A DNA stretch of 64,000 bases. Source: Gemmataceae bacterium. GTDB lineage: Bacteria; Planctomycetota; Planctomycetia; Gemmatales; Gemmataceae. A model generated the notes under the pieces. That model searched no databases. It was not told where the DNA came from and saw only the letters and a list, made by a program, of their open reading frames with translations. Location: assembly GCA_028288765.1 (NCBI GenBank), contig JAQGHQ010000390.1:3665-67664 (forward strand), in the 5' to 3' direction. Of this stretch, positions 46,395 through 57,300 are shown one piece after another (within the stretch, counting starts at the first letter, position 1; each line of letters opens with the position of its first letter). The position numbers were made by a program, and so were the translations under genes.

Positions 46395-46410
46395 TGGAAC
46401 GGGGGATGCA
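46395..46410 (+). promoter_or_regulatory. Putative sigma-54 -24/-12 promoter
   Basis: TGGAACGGGGGATGCA, 42 bp upstream of the AsmA-like gene. Confidence 0.55.
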
Positions 46411-46451
46411 TATTACGGCGGGTTGGGTCTCACGGTCGAGGAGGGCGGACC

Positions 46452-49400
46452 ATGGCTTCGGTACGACGGATCGGGCGGTGGGTGCTGGTCGGCCTCGCCG
46501 CGGTCGGAGCGGGGGTCTTGCTCCTGCGGGTCGGGGCCGGCGTCTACCTTCACACGTCCGGCGGCCGGGAGGCGGTGGCCCAGCGGCTCGGGTCGATGAT
46601 CGGCCTCCCGGTCGAGGTGACGGACGTGGATCTCGGGTCGCGGACCTCGTCGATCAAATTCCGGGTCCTCGACCCGGCCCTCGGGACCAGCCCGAACGCG
46701 GAGATCCTGTCGGTCGACTCCGCCACCGCGGACGTGTCGTTCGCCGACATCATCACCGGGCGGGCGAACCCGAAGGAAGTACACCTCCGCGGGATCAGCG
46801 CGAGCGTCCGGCTGGACGCGACCGGCAAGATCCTCACCACCCTACCGACCCACACGACCGGCACCGGCAAGGGGGAGATCCCGGCGATCACCCTGGACGG
46901 GGGGCGGGTCACGGTCCGGCAGGAGGGGCGACCCGAATTCCACCTGTCCGGGCTGAGTCTGAAGGCCGACCCGGCGGGCGACAAGCTGGTCCTCAGCGGC
47001 GCGGCGGACGACCCCTCGTGGGGCAAATGGCAGCTGTCCGGCGAGGTCGAGAAGACCGGAAAGACGGGGTGGGTCGACGTCGCGACCGACGACGCCGCGG
47101 TGACCCCCGAGCGGCTCAAGTCAATCCCCTACATCCCCCTGTCGGTGTGGGAGAACGTTCTTACGGAAGGACGGGTGAAGGCGGCCTGCCACTTCGCGCT
47201 CGGAACGGACGGAGACCTGAAGTACGACGTCCGGGTGCAGACGAAGGGGATCGCGGTCGGCGTCCCGGCGGCCGAGATCACGGTGACCGAGGTGATCGGC
47301 CTGGTCCGGGTCCACGACGGGGTGGTCGAGGTGTCCGGGGCCGGCGGGAAACCCGCGGCGGTCGGAAAACTGGCCGGGGGAACGATCACCCTGAGCGGGA
47401 AGTGGGACTACGGCAAGGACCCCGCCGTCGGCGACCCCATCGTGGTGACCGCCGATCACCTGGCCGTGAAAGACCTGCCGGCCAAGTGGGGGCTCAAGAA
47501 CGTCGGCGGCTTGAACACGGACGGCGGTTTCCTCTCCGGGAGCGCGAGGATCAAGCTCGTCGCCTACAAGGACGGGCGGGTCGAGACGTACGGCGGGGGC
47601 AAGGGGGACCTGGAGTTGCCCCACATCCTGGGCGGGCAGGGAAAGATTGAAGTGACGCTCGGCGGAAACGGGCAGCGGCTGAACTTCAACCTCGGCGGGG
47701 CCGCGGCCCCGCCGCCCGCACCCGTGCCGGCGAAGAAGCCGGGGGCGACGCGGCGGGCCCGGCTCGGGCCGACGGTCGCGATCAATACACCGGGACCGGA
47801 CGCGCCGGATTTTCTCCCCTCTCCCCTTGAGGGAGAGGGGCCGGGGGTGAGGGGAAAGGATACCCTCCGCGTCGAGATCACCACCGAGCGGGAACTCCTC
47901 GCGCTCGTGGCATTCCTCGCGGTCCAGCCGAAGGCCGACCCGGCGCGGACCGACCAGACCGGCCTCAACGCGACCATCACCCTCCGTGACATCGACGTCG
48001 CCCAGTTCATCGAACAGCTGCAACTGAAGCTCCCGTACAAGATTGCGGGCCGGGTTACCGTGCAGGCGAAGCTCGGGGTCCCGCTCGGGCAGGCCACGAC
48101 CCGGTCCGCATACCGACTCACCGGCACCCTCACGTCGCCGGAGCTCCGGTTCGAGGGACTCACCGTCCGCGACGTCACGACCGAGGTGAGCTACCAGAAC
48201 GGGACGCTCACCCTCACTACGCTCCGTGGGAAGATCCCGCAGCCCGGCGACGACAAGGCCCAGCCCGGCGAGTTCACCGGGTCCGCGTCCGCCGCGACCG
48301 ACCCGCCCGGGGACGTGACGGCGACCCTCACCCTCGCCCGCATCCCGCTCGCCCAGGTGGTCGCGGCCGTCCCCGGGCTCAAGCTCCAGGCCGCGGGGCT
48401 CGTGTCGGGCAAGGCGGAGTTCAAGGCCCCGTTCGACAAGGTGTCCGACCCGACCACCTGGGCCGCGTCCGCCGCGGTCCACAGCGACGAGATGACGATC
48501 GCCGGGCGGACCGCGAAGGCCGTGTCGCTCACCGCCGTCGCCGCCAAGGGCACGGTCACCCTCAAGGACACCGCCGCGACCATTGAGGGCATCCCGCTCA
48601 CCGCCGCCGGCACGCTCGTCCTGACCGGGAAATACCCGTTCGACGCCACGGTGAAGACGACCGGGACGAGCGTCGCCGACCTCCGCAAGCTCGTCCCCGA
48701 GGCGCAGCTGCCGGTCCCGGTCGAGGGCGTGCTGGAGACCGAATCGAAAGTCGTCGGCACCCTCTCCCCGCTGTCGTTCACCGCGTCCGGCCGCGTCACG
48801 GCGTCGAAGCTCACCCTGGACAAGGCGGCCGCGAACCACCTGGACGTGAAATGGGAGCTGACGCAAGACCGGCTCAAGTTGACTGACCTGGACGCCGGCC
48901 TGTTCGGCGGCACCCTGACCGGGTCGCTCGACTACCCGCTCCGGCCGGACAAGACCGGCGCGTTCGCCCTCTCGTTCAAGGACGTGGACGCCGCCGCGGC
49001 GGCCGCGTTCGTGCCCGACTTCCCGGTCCGGATCACCGGCGCGGTGTCCGGCAAGGTGACCGGGACGATCCCGGCGGCGAACGAGGGGCACGGCCGGGTC
49101 GGGGCCATCGACCTCGACCTGACCGCCCCGAAACTGACCGTCCAGAACATCCCGGCCGAACGACTGGTCGGGAAGATGGTGGTCAAGAACGGCGCGATCG
49201 ACTACTCGCTCGAAGGGAAGACCCTGGGCGGGTCGTTCGAGATCAAGGGCCGTTACCCCGGCCCCGGGAAAAAGGACCCCGCGCCGAAACCCGAGCGCGG
49301 GTCGCTGCGGATCACCGACGTCGACCTGGCGCAGCTGGCGGGCGCGTTGAAGACCGACTCGCTAAAACCGCTCCGCGGGCGGGTGGACGTAACATTCGAC

Positions 49401-50612
49401 TTCGAGAACGACCTGTCGAGCGGGGCCGGGCGGGTGGCCGTCCGCGGGCTCGGGTGGGGGGACGAGTCCGCCGGCCAGGAACTCACCGGCGTGATCCTCC
49501 TCGGGGACGGGATGCTGGAACTCCGCGACCTCACCGGGTCGATCGCCCGTGGGTACCTCCGGGCCCGGGGCCGGGTCCGACTCGATCACCCGGCCCGGAA
49601 CTTCCTCTCCGTCTCGATCGACCGGGCCGACGCCGCCCGGCTGCTCGCGCCGGTCCCGGGGTTCGCCGGGGTGGTCACCGGCGAGGTCAGCGTTGTCATC
49701 CGGGGGACCGTCGGCCGCGAGATGCACGGGTCGGGGTCGGTCACCATTGCCCGCGGGACACTCGGCGGAGTCGAGGTGGCGGAACTGCACGTCCCGTTCG
49801 ACTATTCAACCGCCCCGGGCGGGTACGGCCGGATCGCCGTCCGGGAGGCGAGCACCCGGGCCGGGACGGGCCGGGCCACGGCCGACCTCACGGTCGAGTG
49901 GGGGGTGGGGATGCGGGTAGGCGGACAGGTCCGGTTCATCGATGTCCCGGTCCGGGCGCTGTCGCGGAGCCTGGCGGAGAACAGTTTCATCGGGACCGGA
50001 CGGCTCACCGGGCGGGTCGACCTGTCCGGGACGAACGTCCAGTCGGCGGACGACCTGACCGGGTCGCTCGTCGCCTCCCTTCGCGGCACCTCGGTGCGGG
50101 AAATCCCGCTACTCCAAACCGCGGTCCCGTATCTCAACCCGCTCGGGGTGACGAAGCCGTTCCAGACCGGAGACGTCCGGGGGACGCTCTCCCGCGGCGT
50201 GTTCCGGGTGCAGCGGCTGGCGCTGGCAAACCCATCGGCCCAGCTGTTCGCCGACGGGTCGATCACGGTGAAGAACGGCCGGCTCGACCTGGGCGTGGTG
50301 GCCCACACCGGGCCGGTCGGCCCACAGGCGGCCGGGTTCCGGCTGCTCGCGCTCCGGCTCCCGCCGATGATCGGTCCGATCCCGGTCGGCCTGATCCGGG
50401 ACGTGAGTACCTTTGTCTCGAACCGGACGATCAGGCTGACCATCACCGGGACGGTCGCCAACCCGGTGGTCCAGGTGAACACCGCCGCACTCTTGAGCGA
50501 GGAGGCGGTCCGGTTCTTCCTGACGCGATACGGTGTCCCGGCGGACGTGGGCGCCGCACTCGGACTCGGAGGCGCGGGGGTGCTCGGAGGTACGGCGATG
50601 CCGCGGCGGTGA
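46452..50612 (+). CDS. Large AsmA/TamB-like envelope protein
   Basis: N-terminal TM (RWVLVGLAAVGAGVLLL); long repetitive beta-strand content (LDAGLFGGTLTGSLD, GSLVASLRG..V..IP, G.ITVKNGRLDL, LTITGTVANPVV). Confidence 0.78.
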   Translation: MASVRRIGRWVLVGLAAVGAGVLLLRVGAGVYLHTSGGREAVAQRLGSMIGLPVEVTDVDLGSRTSSIKFRVLDPALGTSPNAEILSVDSATADVSFADIITGRANPKEVHLRGISASVRLDATGKILTTLPTHTTGTGKGEIPAITLDGGRVTVRQEGRPEFHLSGLSLKADPAGDKLVLSGAADDPSWGKWQLSGEVEKTGKTGWVDVATDDAAVTPERLKSIPYIPLSVWENVLTEGRVKAACHFALGTDGDLKYDVRVQTKGIAVGVPAAEITVTEVIGLVRVHDGVVEVSGAGGKPAAVGKLAGGTITLSGKWDYGKDPAVGDPIVVTADHLAVKDLPAKWGLKNVGGLNTDGGFLSGSARIKLVAYKDGRVETYGGGKGDLELPHILGGQGKIEVTLGGNGQRLNFNLGGAAAPPPAPVPAKKPGATRRARLGPTVAINTPGPDAPDFLPSPLEGEGPGVRGKDTLRVEITTERELLALVAFLAVQPKADPARTDQTGLNATITLRDIDVAQFIEQLQLKLPYKIAGRVTVQAKLGVPLGQATTRSAYRLTGTLTSPELRFEGLTVRDVTTEVSYQNGTLTLTTLRGKIPQPGDDKAQPGEFTGSASAATDPPGDVTATLTLARIPLAQVVAAVPGLKLQAAGLVSGKAEFKAPFDKVSDPTTWAASAAVHSDEMTIAGRTAKAVSLTAVAAKGTVTLKDTAATIEGIPLTAAGTLVLTGKYPFDATVKTTGTSVADLRKLVPEAQLPVPVEGVLETESKVVGTLSPLSFTASGRVTASKLTLDKAAANHLDVKWELTQDRLKLTDLDAGLFGGTLTGSLDYPLRPDKTGAFALSFKDVDAAAAAAFVPDFPVRITGAVSGKVTGTIPAANEGHGRVGAIDLDLTAPKLTVQNIPAERLVGKMVVKNGAIDYSLEGKTLGGSFEIKGRYPGPGKKDPAPKPERGSLRITDVDLAQLAGALKTDSLKPLRGRVDVTFDFENDLSSGAGRVAVRGLGWGDESAGQELTGVILLGDGMLELRDLTGSIARGYLRARGRVRLDHPARNFLSVSIDRADAARLLAPVPGFAGVVTGEVSVVIRGTVGREMHGSGSVTIARGTLGGVEVAELHVPFDYSTAPGGYGRIAVREASTRAGTGRATADLTVEWGVGMRVGGQVRFIDVPVRALSRSLAENSFIGTGRLTGRVDLSGTNVQSADDLTGSLVASLRGTSVREIPLLQTAVPYLNPLGVTKPFQTGDVRGTLSRGVFRVQRLALANPSAQLFADGSITVKNGRLDLGVVAHTGPVGPQAAGFRLLALRLPPMIGPIPVGLIRDVSTFVSNRTIRLTITGTVANPVVQVNTAALLSEEAVRFFLTRYGVPADVGAALGLGGAGVLGGTAMPRR
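47814..47854. repeat. Palindromic element in frame within the AsmA-like gene (encodes PSPLEGEGPGVRG)
   Basis: ctcccctctccccttgagggagaggggccgggggtgagggg; its reverse complement matches 25858-25898 inside the MFS gene. Confidence 0.7.
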
Positions 50613-50775
50613 CAGCGCCATCGTCGACGGCTCCTCAGAATCACCGTCGGCGGGTTTCTTCCGACCGTGCGAAACGGCAGAACAGGACCCGCCGGCAGAA
50701 TCACTTCAAGCGGCCGCGCGTGTCAGTCCGATAACTCCGGCAGCCAGATCTCTCTGTGTGCAAGGAGTGGGTGTC

Positions 50776-51738
50776 ATGCGCTCGCCCATCCGGTTTCTTG
50801 GCGTGTTCGGGGTGTGGGCTCTGACCTTCGCGGTGGTCGGGTGCGAGACGCTCGGCATCTCTCCCCCGGCGAACCAGCTGCTGCCTGATACGAAGGCGAT
50901 CCGGGACTCGGCCCCGGTCCCTGCGCCGGTGCCCCGCGAACTCGCCAAGGAACTGCACCCGCCGTTCGTGATCGAGCCGGGCGACACGCTGCTCGTCCAG
51001 CCGGTCGAGCTCGACGCCCCGCTCCGCCTCCCGCCCGACCAGACCGTCTTCGCCGACGGGACGATCGACCTCGGGACCTACGGCCATCTGGTCGTCGCGG
51101 GGAAGACGCAAGACCAGATCGTGACCGAGGTCCAACAGCTGATCAACGCCAAAGAGAAGGGAAAGGACGCGATCCGGGTCACCGTCCGGATCATCGGCCG
51201 CAACAGCAAGGTGTATTACGTCCTCGGCGACGTGAACGCCCCGGGCGCGTTCCCGATCAATGGACGGGAGACGGTCCTCGACGGGATCATCGCCGCGGGC
51301 GGCCTCACCCGGAAGGCATCGGAGCAGAACATCGTTTTGAGCCGGCCGACCCCGCCAGATGGGTGCCGGGTCGTTCTCCCGGTGTGCTACACGAATATCG
51401 TCCAGCTCGGCGACACGAGCACGAACTATCAGCTCCAGCCGGGCGACCGGATCTACGTGCCGGGTAAGGGGTTGCTCGAAGGCCTGCGGCCGGCTCGGTG
51501 CCAGCGGGGCGGGCCGTGCAATCGCCCGCAAGTGGGGTGCTGGAACGGGGGGTGCGGGGTTATGGGCGGTGGGTCTGTCTCCAGCCCGGGCTTCCACCTG
51601 ACTCTCCCGACTGTCCCGACTCTGCCGGCTCCCGCGACCGCGCCGCCCTCGATCCCGGTACCGATCGCTCCGAGCCCAGCCTCGTTACCACCCGCTCTGC
51701 CCACCATGATCGGCCTGCCCGGACCGCTCAACCAGTAA
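50776..51738 (+). CDS. Polysaccharide biosynthesis/export family (Wza-like, SLBB) lipoprotein
   Basis: Lipobox AVVGC; IEPGDTLLV, V..DGTIDL..YG.L.VAGKT, YYVLGDVNAPG.F..G.ETVLD.I..AGGLT, NYQLQPGDRIYVP. Confidence 0.88.
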   Translation: MRSPIRFLGVFGVWALTFAVVGCETLGISPPANQLLPDTKAIRDSAPVPAPVPRELAKELHPPFVIEPGDTLLVQPVELDAPLRLPPDQTVFADGTIDLGTYGHLVVAGKTQDQIVTEVQQLINAKEKGKDAIRVTVRIIGRNSKVYYVLGDVNAPGAFPINGRETVLDGIIAAGGLTRKASEQNIVLSRPTPPDGCRVVLPVCYTNIVQLGDTSTNYQLQPGDRIYVPGKGLLEGLRPARCQRGGPCNRPQVGCWNGGCGVMGGGSVSSPGFHLTLPTVPTLPAPATAPPSIPVPIAPSPASLPPALPTMIGLPGPLNQ

Positions 51739-51969
51739 GATTGGCGGCCGGTTGGAGACATCCGGGGGGCATCGGAGAAACTGGGTTTCTCACGCCGGCC
51801 GCTTTATTCCAGTCAGTTCGGACGCGGTCCAGAGTCAAACTCCGGGCCGTATCTTCTCCCTGGCACATCTTTTCCGTGAGCTGCGCATTTCGGTGCGCAA
51901 TCTGGGCAAACCGGCTTTTCCTACCATTCGCCCGGGGCGGGTTCGTCCGATATCCCGGCGCCTCACGTT

Positions 51970-51985
51970 CGGTATAGAATTCGCA
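51970..51985 (+). promoter_or_regulatory. Putative sigma-54 -24/-12 promoter
   Basis: CGGTATAGAATTCGCA, 109 bp upstream of glgX. Confidence 0.5.
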
Positions 51986-52093
51986 CAAACTGATTTAACG
52001 GGCGACACGGGGCTGTCTTGCGACATACTGGCGGGACCGCCGGGGCGACAGACGACCCGCGCCGCCCGTGGCGTTTCTCAGGAGACCGAGGTT

Positions 52094-54307
52094 ATGCGAG
52101 TCTGGCCGGGCCGCCCGTATCCTCTCGGTGCGACGTGGGACGGGGTGGGCGTGAACTTCGCCCTGTTCAGCGAGAACGCGGCGAAGGCCGAACTCTGCCT
52201 GTTCGACCACCCGGACGCGGCCCAGCCGAGCCAGGTCATTCCACTCAAGGAGAGGACCGATCAGGTCTTCCACACCTACCTGCCGGACGTCCTCCCCGGC
52301 CAACTCTACGGGTATCGGGTGTACGGCCCGTACGCGCCGAGCGAGGGCCACCGGTTCAACCACCACAAAGTCCTGTTCGACCCCTACGCGAAGGCCGTCG
52401 GCCGCGAGTCGCGGTGGGACCACGCGATGTTCGGGTACGAGATCGGGCACGCCGACGGGGACCTGTCGTTCGATGTGCGGGACAGCGCGCCATTCGCCCC
52501 GCTCGCGGCGGTCAACGACCCGGCCTTTACCTGGGGCGACGACCGGTCCCCGCGGATCCCGTGGCACGAGACGTTGATCTACGAACTCCACGTGAAGGGG
52601 TTCACGAAGAAGATGCCCGGCGTCCCGGACCGGCTCAGGGGAACCTACGCCGGGGTCGGGTGCGAGACCGCGGTCCGGCACCTGAAGGAGCTGAACGTCA
52701 CCGCGGTCGAGCTCCTCCCGGTCCATTACCGGCTCGACGACCACTACCTCGTGGAAAAAGGGCTGACGAACTACTGGGGGTACAACACCCTCGGGTTCTT
52801 CGCCCCGGACCCCCGGCTCTCGGCCGACCCGAAGAACCCGGCGGCGGCGGTGTGGGAGTTCAAAACGATGGTCCGGACCCTCCACGCGGCCGGGATCGAG
52901 GTCATCCTCGACGTCGTGTACAACCACACCGCCGAGGGGAACCAGAACGGCCCGACGCTCTCGTTCCGGGGGATCGACAACGCCAGCTACTACCACCTCT
53001 CGCCGGAGGACAGGCGCTACTACATGGACTTCACCGGGTGCGGGAACACCCCGAGCCTGCGGCACCCCCGGGTTCTCCAGCTGATCATGGACTCGCTCCG
53101 GTACTGGGTGCTGGAGATGCGGGTGGACGGGTTCCGGTTCGACCTGGCCACGGCCCTCGCCCGGGAGCTGTTCGAGGTGGACAAGCTCAGCACGTTCTTC
53201 GACGTGATCCACCAGGACCCGGTCCTGTCGCAGGTCAAGCTGATCGCCGAGCCGTGGGACGTCGGCCCGGGCGGGTACATGGTCGGGAACTTCCCGGTCG
53301 GGTGGACCGAGTGGAACGGCGAATACCGGGACGCGATCCGGAAGTTCTGGGCCGGGCGGGACGTGCCGGCGGATAAGCTGGCCGCCCGGCTGACCGGGTC
53401 CGGCGACCTGTACGAGCAGACCGGCCGGCGGCCGTACGCGAGCATCAACTTCATCACCTGCCACGACGGGTTCACCCTCCACGACCTGGTGAGCTACGAC
53501 CAAAAGCATAACGAGGCGAACAAGGAGGACAACCGGGACGGGTCGAACGACAACCACTCGTGGAACTGCGGGGCGGAGGGCCCGACCGACGACCCGGCGG
53601 TCAACACCCTCCGGGCCCGGCAGAAGCGGAATATGTTCGCCACCCTCATGCTCTCCCAGGGCGTCCCAATGGTGCTCGGCGGGGACGAACTGGGCCACAC
53701 CCAGAAGGGGAACAACAACACCTACTGCCACGACGACGACCTGACCTGGCTCGACTGGAAACTGACCCCGGACCAGAATGCATTCCTCGGGTTCGTGAGA
53801 CGGGCGACGGCCCTGTGGCGGGACCAGCCGGTGCTCCAGCGGCGGACGTTCTTCGAGGGCCGGCCGATCCGCGGGAGCGGGGTGGCGGACGTGTCGTGGT
53901 TCACACCGGCAGGAGCGGAACTGGCGAACGACGACTGGGAAAAGCCGGCGAAGTGCCTGGGCTGCCGGCTGGCCGGCGACCTGATCGACGAGACGGACAG
54001 CCGGGGCGAGCCGATCGTCGGGGACACGCTCCTGTTCCTCCTGAACGCCCAGGCGGACCCGGTCGACTTCACCCTTCCGGACACGAACCCGGGCCAGCGG
54101 TGGGAGCTCGTGTTCGACACGGCCGACGACGCCCGCCCGCCGATGTCGTTCCCCGGGAAGTATCGGTACCTGCTCCGGGACTGGTCGGTCGCCGTGTTCC
54201 GGACCCGCCGGGACGGCGCGCCCGAGCCGGCTGCGCCCCCGCCCCGGGCGAAGGCGGCCGCCCGGGCGGGTGCCCGTCCCCGGACCCGCCCGCCCCACGC
54301 CCCGTGA
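52094..54307 (+). CDS. glgX: Glycogen debranching enzyme (GH13, GlgX/TreX)
   Basis: PYPLGATWDG.GVNFALFS, IYELHVKG, NYWGYN, DVVYNHTAEG, DGFRFDLA, AEPWD, NFITCHDGFTL.D.VSY. Confidence 0.96.
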   Translation: MRVWPGRPYPLGATWDGVGVNFALFSENAAKAELCLFDHPDAAQPSQVIPLKERTDQVFHTYLPDVLPGQLYGYRVYGPYAPSEGHRFNHHKVLFDPYAKAVGRESRWDHAMFGYEIGHADGDLSFDVRDSAPFAPLAAVNDPAFTWGDDRSPRIPWHETLIYELHVKGFTKKMPGVPDRLRGTYAGVGCETAVRHLKELNVTAVELLPVHYRLDDHYLVEKGLTNYWGYNTLGFFAPDPRLSADPKNPAAAVWEFKTMVRTLHAAGIEVILDVVYNHTAEGNQNGPTLSFRGIDNASYYHLSPEDRRYYMDFTGCGNTPSLRHPRVLQLIMDSLRYWVLEMRVDGFRFDLATALARELFEVDKLSTFFDVIHQDPVLSQVKLIAEPWDVGPGGYMVGNFPVGWTEWNGEYRDAIRKFWAGRDVPADKLAARLTGSGDLYEQTGRRPYASINFITCHDGFTLHDLVSYDQKHNEANKEDNRDGSNDNHSWNCGAEGPTDDPAVNTLRARQKRNMFATLMLSQGVPMVLGGDELGHTQKGNNNTYCHDDDLTWLDWKLTPDQNAFLGFVRRATALWRDQPVLQRRTFFEGRPIRGSGVADVSWFTPAGAELANDDWEKPAKCLGCRLAGDLIDETDSRGEPIVGDTLLFLLNAQADPVDFTLPDTNPGQRWELVFDTADDARPPMSFPGKYRYLLRDWSVAVFRTRRDGAPEPAAPPPRAKAAARAGARPRTRPPHAP

Positions 54308-54398
54308 CCGCACTGACATTCCGCCCGCGGACCGGGCGGCCCACACTGAGAGGCCGCCCGGCCCGCACGCCGGCCCCAACCTTCGCCCCCGGTGCGTC

Positions 54399-57300
54399 AT
54401 GACCGCCGACGAACCGATCCCCGAGCCCTTGTCGGGCACGGCCGGCTTCGACCGCCTCGCCGCCGCCGCGGTCCGGCGGGCGGCCGCCCGCCGCCGCACC
54501 CCCGGGGCCACGTACCGGTTCCAGTTCCACAAGGAGTTCACCCTCCGCCACGCCACCCAGCTCGTCCCGTACCTGCACGCCCTCGGGGTCACCCACATCT
54601 ACGCCTCGCCGATCCTGAAAGCCAGGCCCGGGAGCCACCACGGGTACGACGTGGTGGACCACGGCCGCCTGAACCCCGAGGTGGGCACCGAGGAAGACCT
54701 CGCCGACCTGGCGGCGGCCCTCGCGGCCCGGGAGATGGGGCTGATCCTCGACGCGGTCCCGAACCACATGTGCATCGGGGGCGATAACCCGTGGTGGACG
54801 GACGTCCTGGAACACGGCCCGTCGTCGCCGTACAGCGAGTCGTTCGACATCGCCTGGTTCGACTCCCCCCGGCCGGGGATGACCGGCCGGCTCCTCTACC
54901 CGGTCCTGGGCGACCCGTACGGGACGGTGCTGGAAGGGGGGCAGTTGAAACCGGTATTCGAGCACGGCCAGTTCTCGGTCTGGTACTACGACACCCGGCT
55001 CCCGATCGACCCGCGGACGTATGACCGGATCCTCGCCCCGGCGGCCGGGGAGCTGATGGCCCGGCTCGGGCCGGAAGAACCGGACACGATCGAGCTCCTG
55101 AGCATCCTGAACGCCATCAGCCACCTCCCCCCGCGGATCGAAACGGACCCCGGGCGGGTGGCCCTGGGACGGGTCGAGATCGCGTCCCTCAAGCGGCGCC
55201 TGTCGGACCTGGGCGAGCGGTTCCCGGCGGCGGCCGAGGCGGTCGCGGGCGGGGTCCTGAAGCTCGCCGGGGTCCCGGGCGACCCGGCCAGTTTCGCCCC
55301 GCTCGACGATCTGCTCGAGGCCCAGGCTTACCGCCTGTGCTTCTGGCGGGTGGCGTCGGACGAGATCAACTACCGCCGGTTCTTCGACGTGAACGAACTG
55401 GCCGCGGTCGCGACCGAGCGGGAGGACGTGTTCCGGGCGGTCCACCGGAAGCTCCTCGAGTGGCTGGCCGCCGGCCGGGCGGAGGGCCTTCGGATCGACC
55501 ACCCGGACGGGCTGTACGACCCGAAACAGTACCTCGACCGGCTCCAGGCTCACTACCTGCTCGCCCTGGCGAGGGAGCTGTGGGTGGGGACCCCGGACGA
55601 CTACCCGGGGGTCGACTGGGACCGCGACGAGCCGGCCCTGCTGGAGCGGCTGAACTCCCAGTTGGGCGGGGGGCATGAGCCCCCCGCGGGCGCCGAGACG
55701 GGATCGGACTCCTCGGCCCAGTTCGGGGGGCTCATACCCCCCGCCCGCCGGGGCCTGCCCCTGTACGTCGTCGTGGAAAAAATCCTCGGGGACAACGAGC
55801 CGTTGCCGCCCGACTGGGCGTGCGACGGGACGACCGGGTACGAGTTCCTGACCGCGATCAACAACCTGTTCGTCGACCCGGCGGGCGAGTCCCGGCTGAC
55901 CCGGCTGTACCACGAGTTCACCGGCCTTACCGACCCGTTCCCCCAGGTGGTGTACGAGAGGAAGGGCCAGATCATGGCGTCGTCCCTGGCGAGCGAGCTG
56001 ACCGCCCTCGCCTACCAGCTCGACCGGCTCGCCCGGCTCGACCGGCGGTCCCGGGACTTCACCCTGTACGGGCTCAAGCGGGCGTTGCGGGAGGTGATCG
56101 CCTGCTTCCCGGTGTACCGGTCGTACGTGAACGGCGGGGTCCACGACTCCGACAAGGCGGTGATCGGGCGGGCCGTGTCCCGCGCCCGGCGGCGGAACCC
56201 GATGCTCGGGACGGCGATCTTCGACTTCATCCGCGACACCATTCTCCTGAAGGACCGGCCGTCCGGGCCGGCGTCGGAGGAGTACCGCGCCCTCCAGCGG
56301 CGGTTCGCCGGGAAGTTCCAGCAGCTAACCTCCCCGGTCACCGCCAAGGGGATCGAGGACACCGCGTTCTACGTGTACAACCGGTTCGTCTCGCTCAACG
56401 AGGTGGGCGGGGAGCCGGGCCGGTTCGGGTGGCCGCCGGACCGGGTCCACAGGTTCCTCGCCGACCGGGCGGCGACGTTCCCGGGCGGGCTGTCCCCGCT
56501 CTCGACCCACGACACCAAGCGGAGCGAGGACGGCCGGGCCCGGCTGAACGTGCTGTCGGAGCTGCCCGGGGAGTGGGCCGACCGGGTCGGCCGGTGGGCG
56601 CACCTGAACGGCCGGCACAAGACGGACCTGGAAGACGGGGCGACGGCCCCCGACGCGAACGAGGAATACCTGATTTACCAGACGCTCGTCGGCATCTGGC
56701 CACCGGACCGGAGGCCGGACGGGCTCAAGGACCGCGTCCAGGCGTACGTCAAGAAGGCGCTGTGCGAGGCGAAGGTCCACAGCAGCTGGATCAACCCGGA
56801 CCGCGACTACGAGGCGGCGGTCGCGAAGTTCGTGGACGGGATACTGGACCCGGCCGGGTCGGCGGAGTTCCTGACCGACCTGCAACACTTCGTCGACCGG
56901 GTGGCGGTCTTCGGGCGGGTGAACGCGCTCGCCCAGACCGTCCTCCGCTGCACCGCCCCGGGCGTGCCGGACACCTACCAGGGGACCGAAGCCTGGGACT
57001 TCAGCCTGGTCGACCCGGACAACCGCCGGCCGGTCGACTACGCCGCCCGCGAAGAGTGGCTGCGGGACGTGACCGCCGCGCCGGCCGGCGACGCCCAGAC
57101 CCTCGGCCGGCTGGCCCGGAACCTGGCGGACCCGCGGGCGAAGGTGTTCACCGTGGCCCGGGCGCTGCGGTGCCGGCGCGAGCACCCGGCGCTGTTCGAG
57201 GAAGGGGCGTATACCCCCGTGACCGCCGAAGGGGAGAAGGCGGACCACGTGTTCGGGTTCCTCCGCCACCGGACCGGGGAGGCCGCGCTGGTCCTCGTCC

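Noticed and set aside
45590-47650. 686-aa ORF spanning repeats, DUF1328 and the AsmA-like start
   Set aside because: Runs through intergenic palindromes and overlaps two well-supported genes; no domain motifs.
51859-51878. TGGCAC motif upstream of glgX as a second sigma-54 site
   Set aside because: No GC at the -12 position (TGGCACATCTTTTCC).
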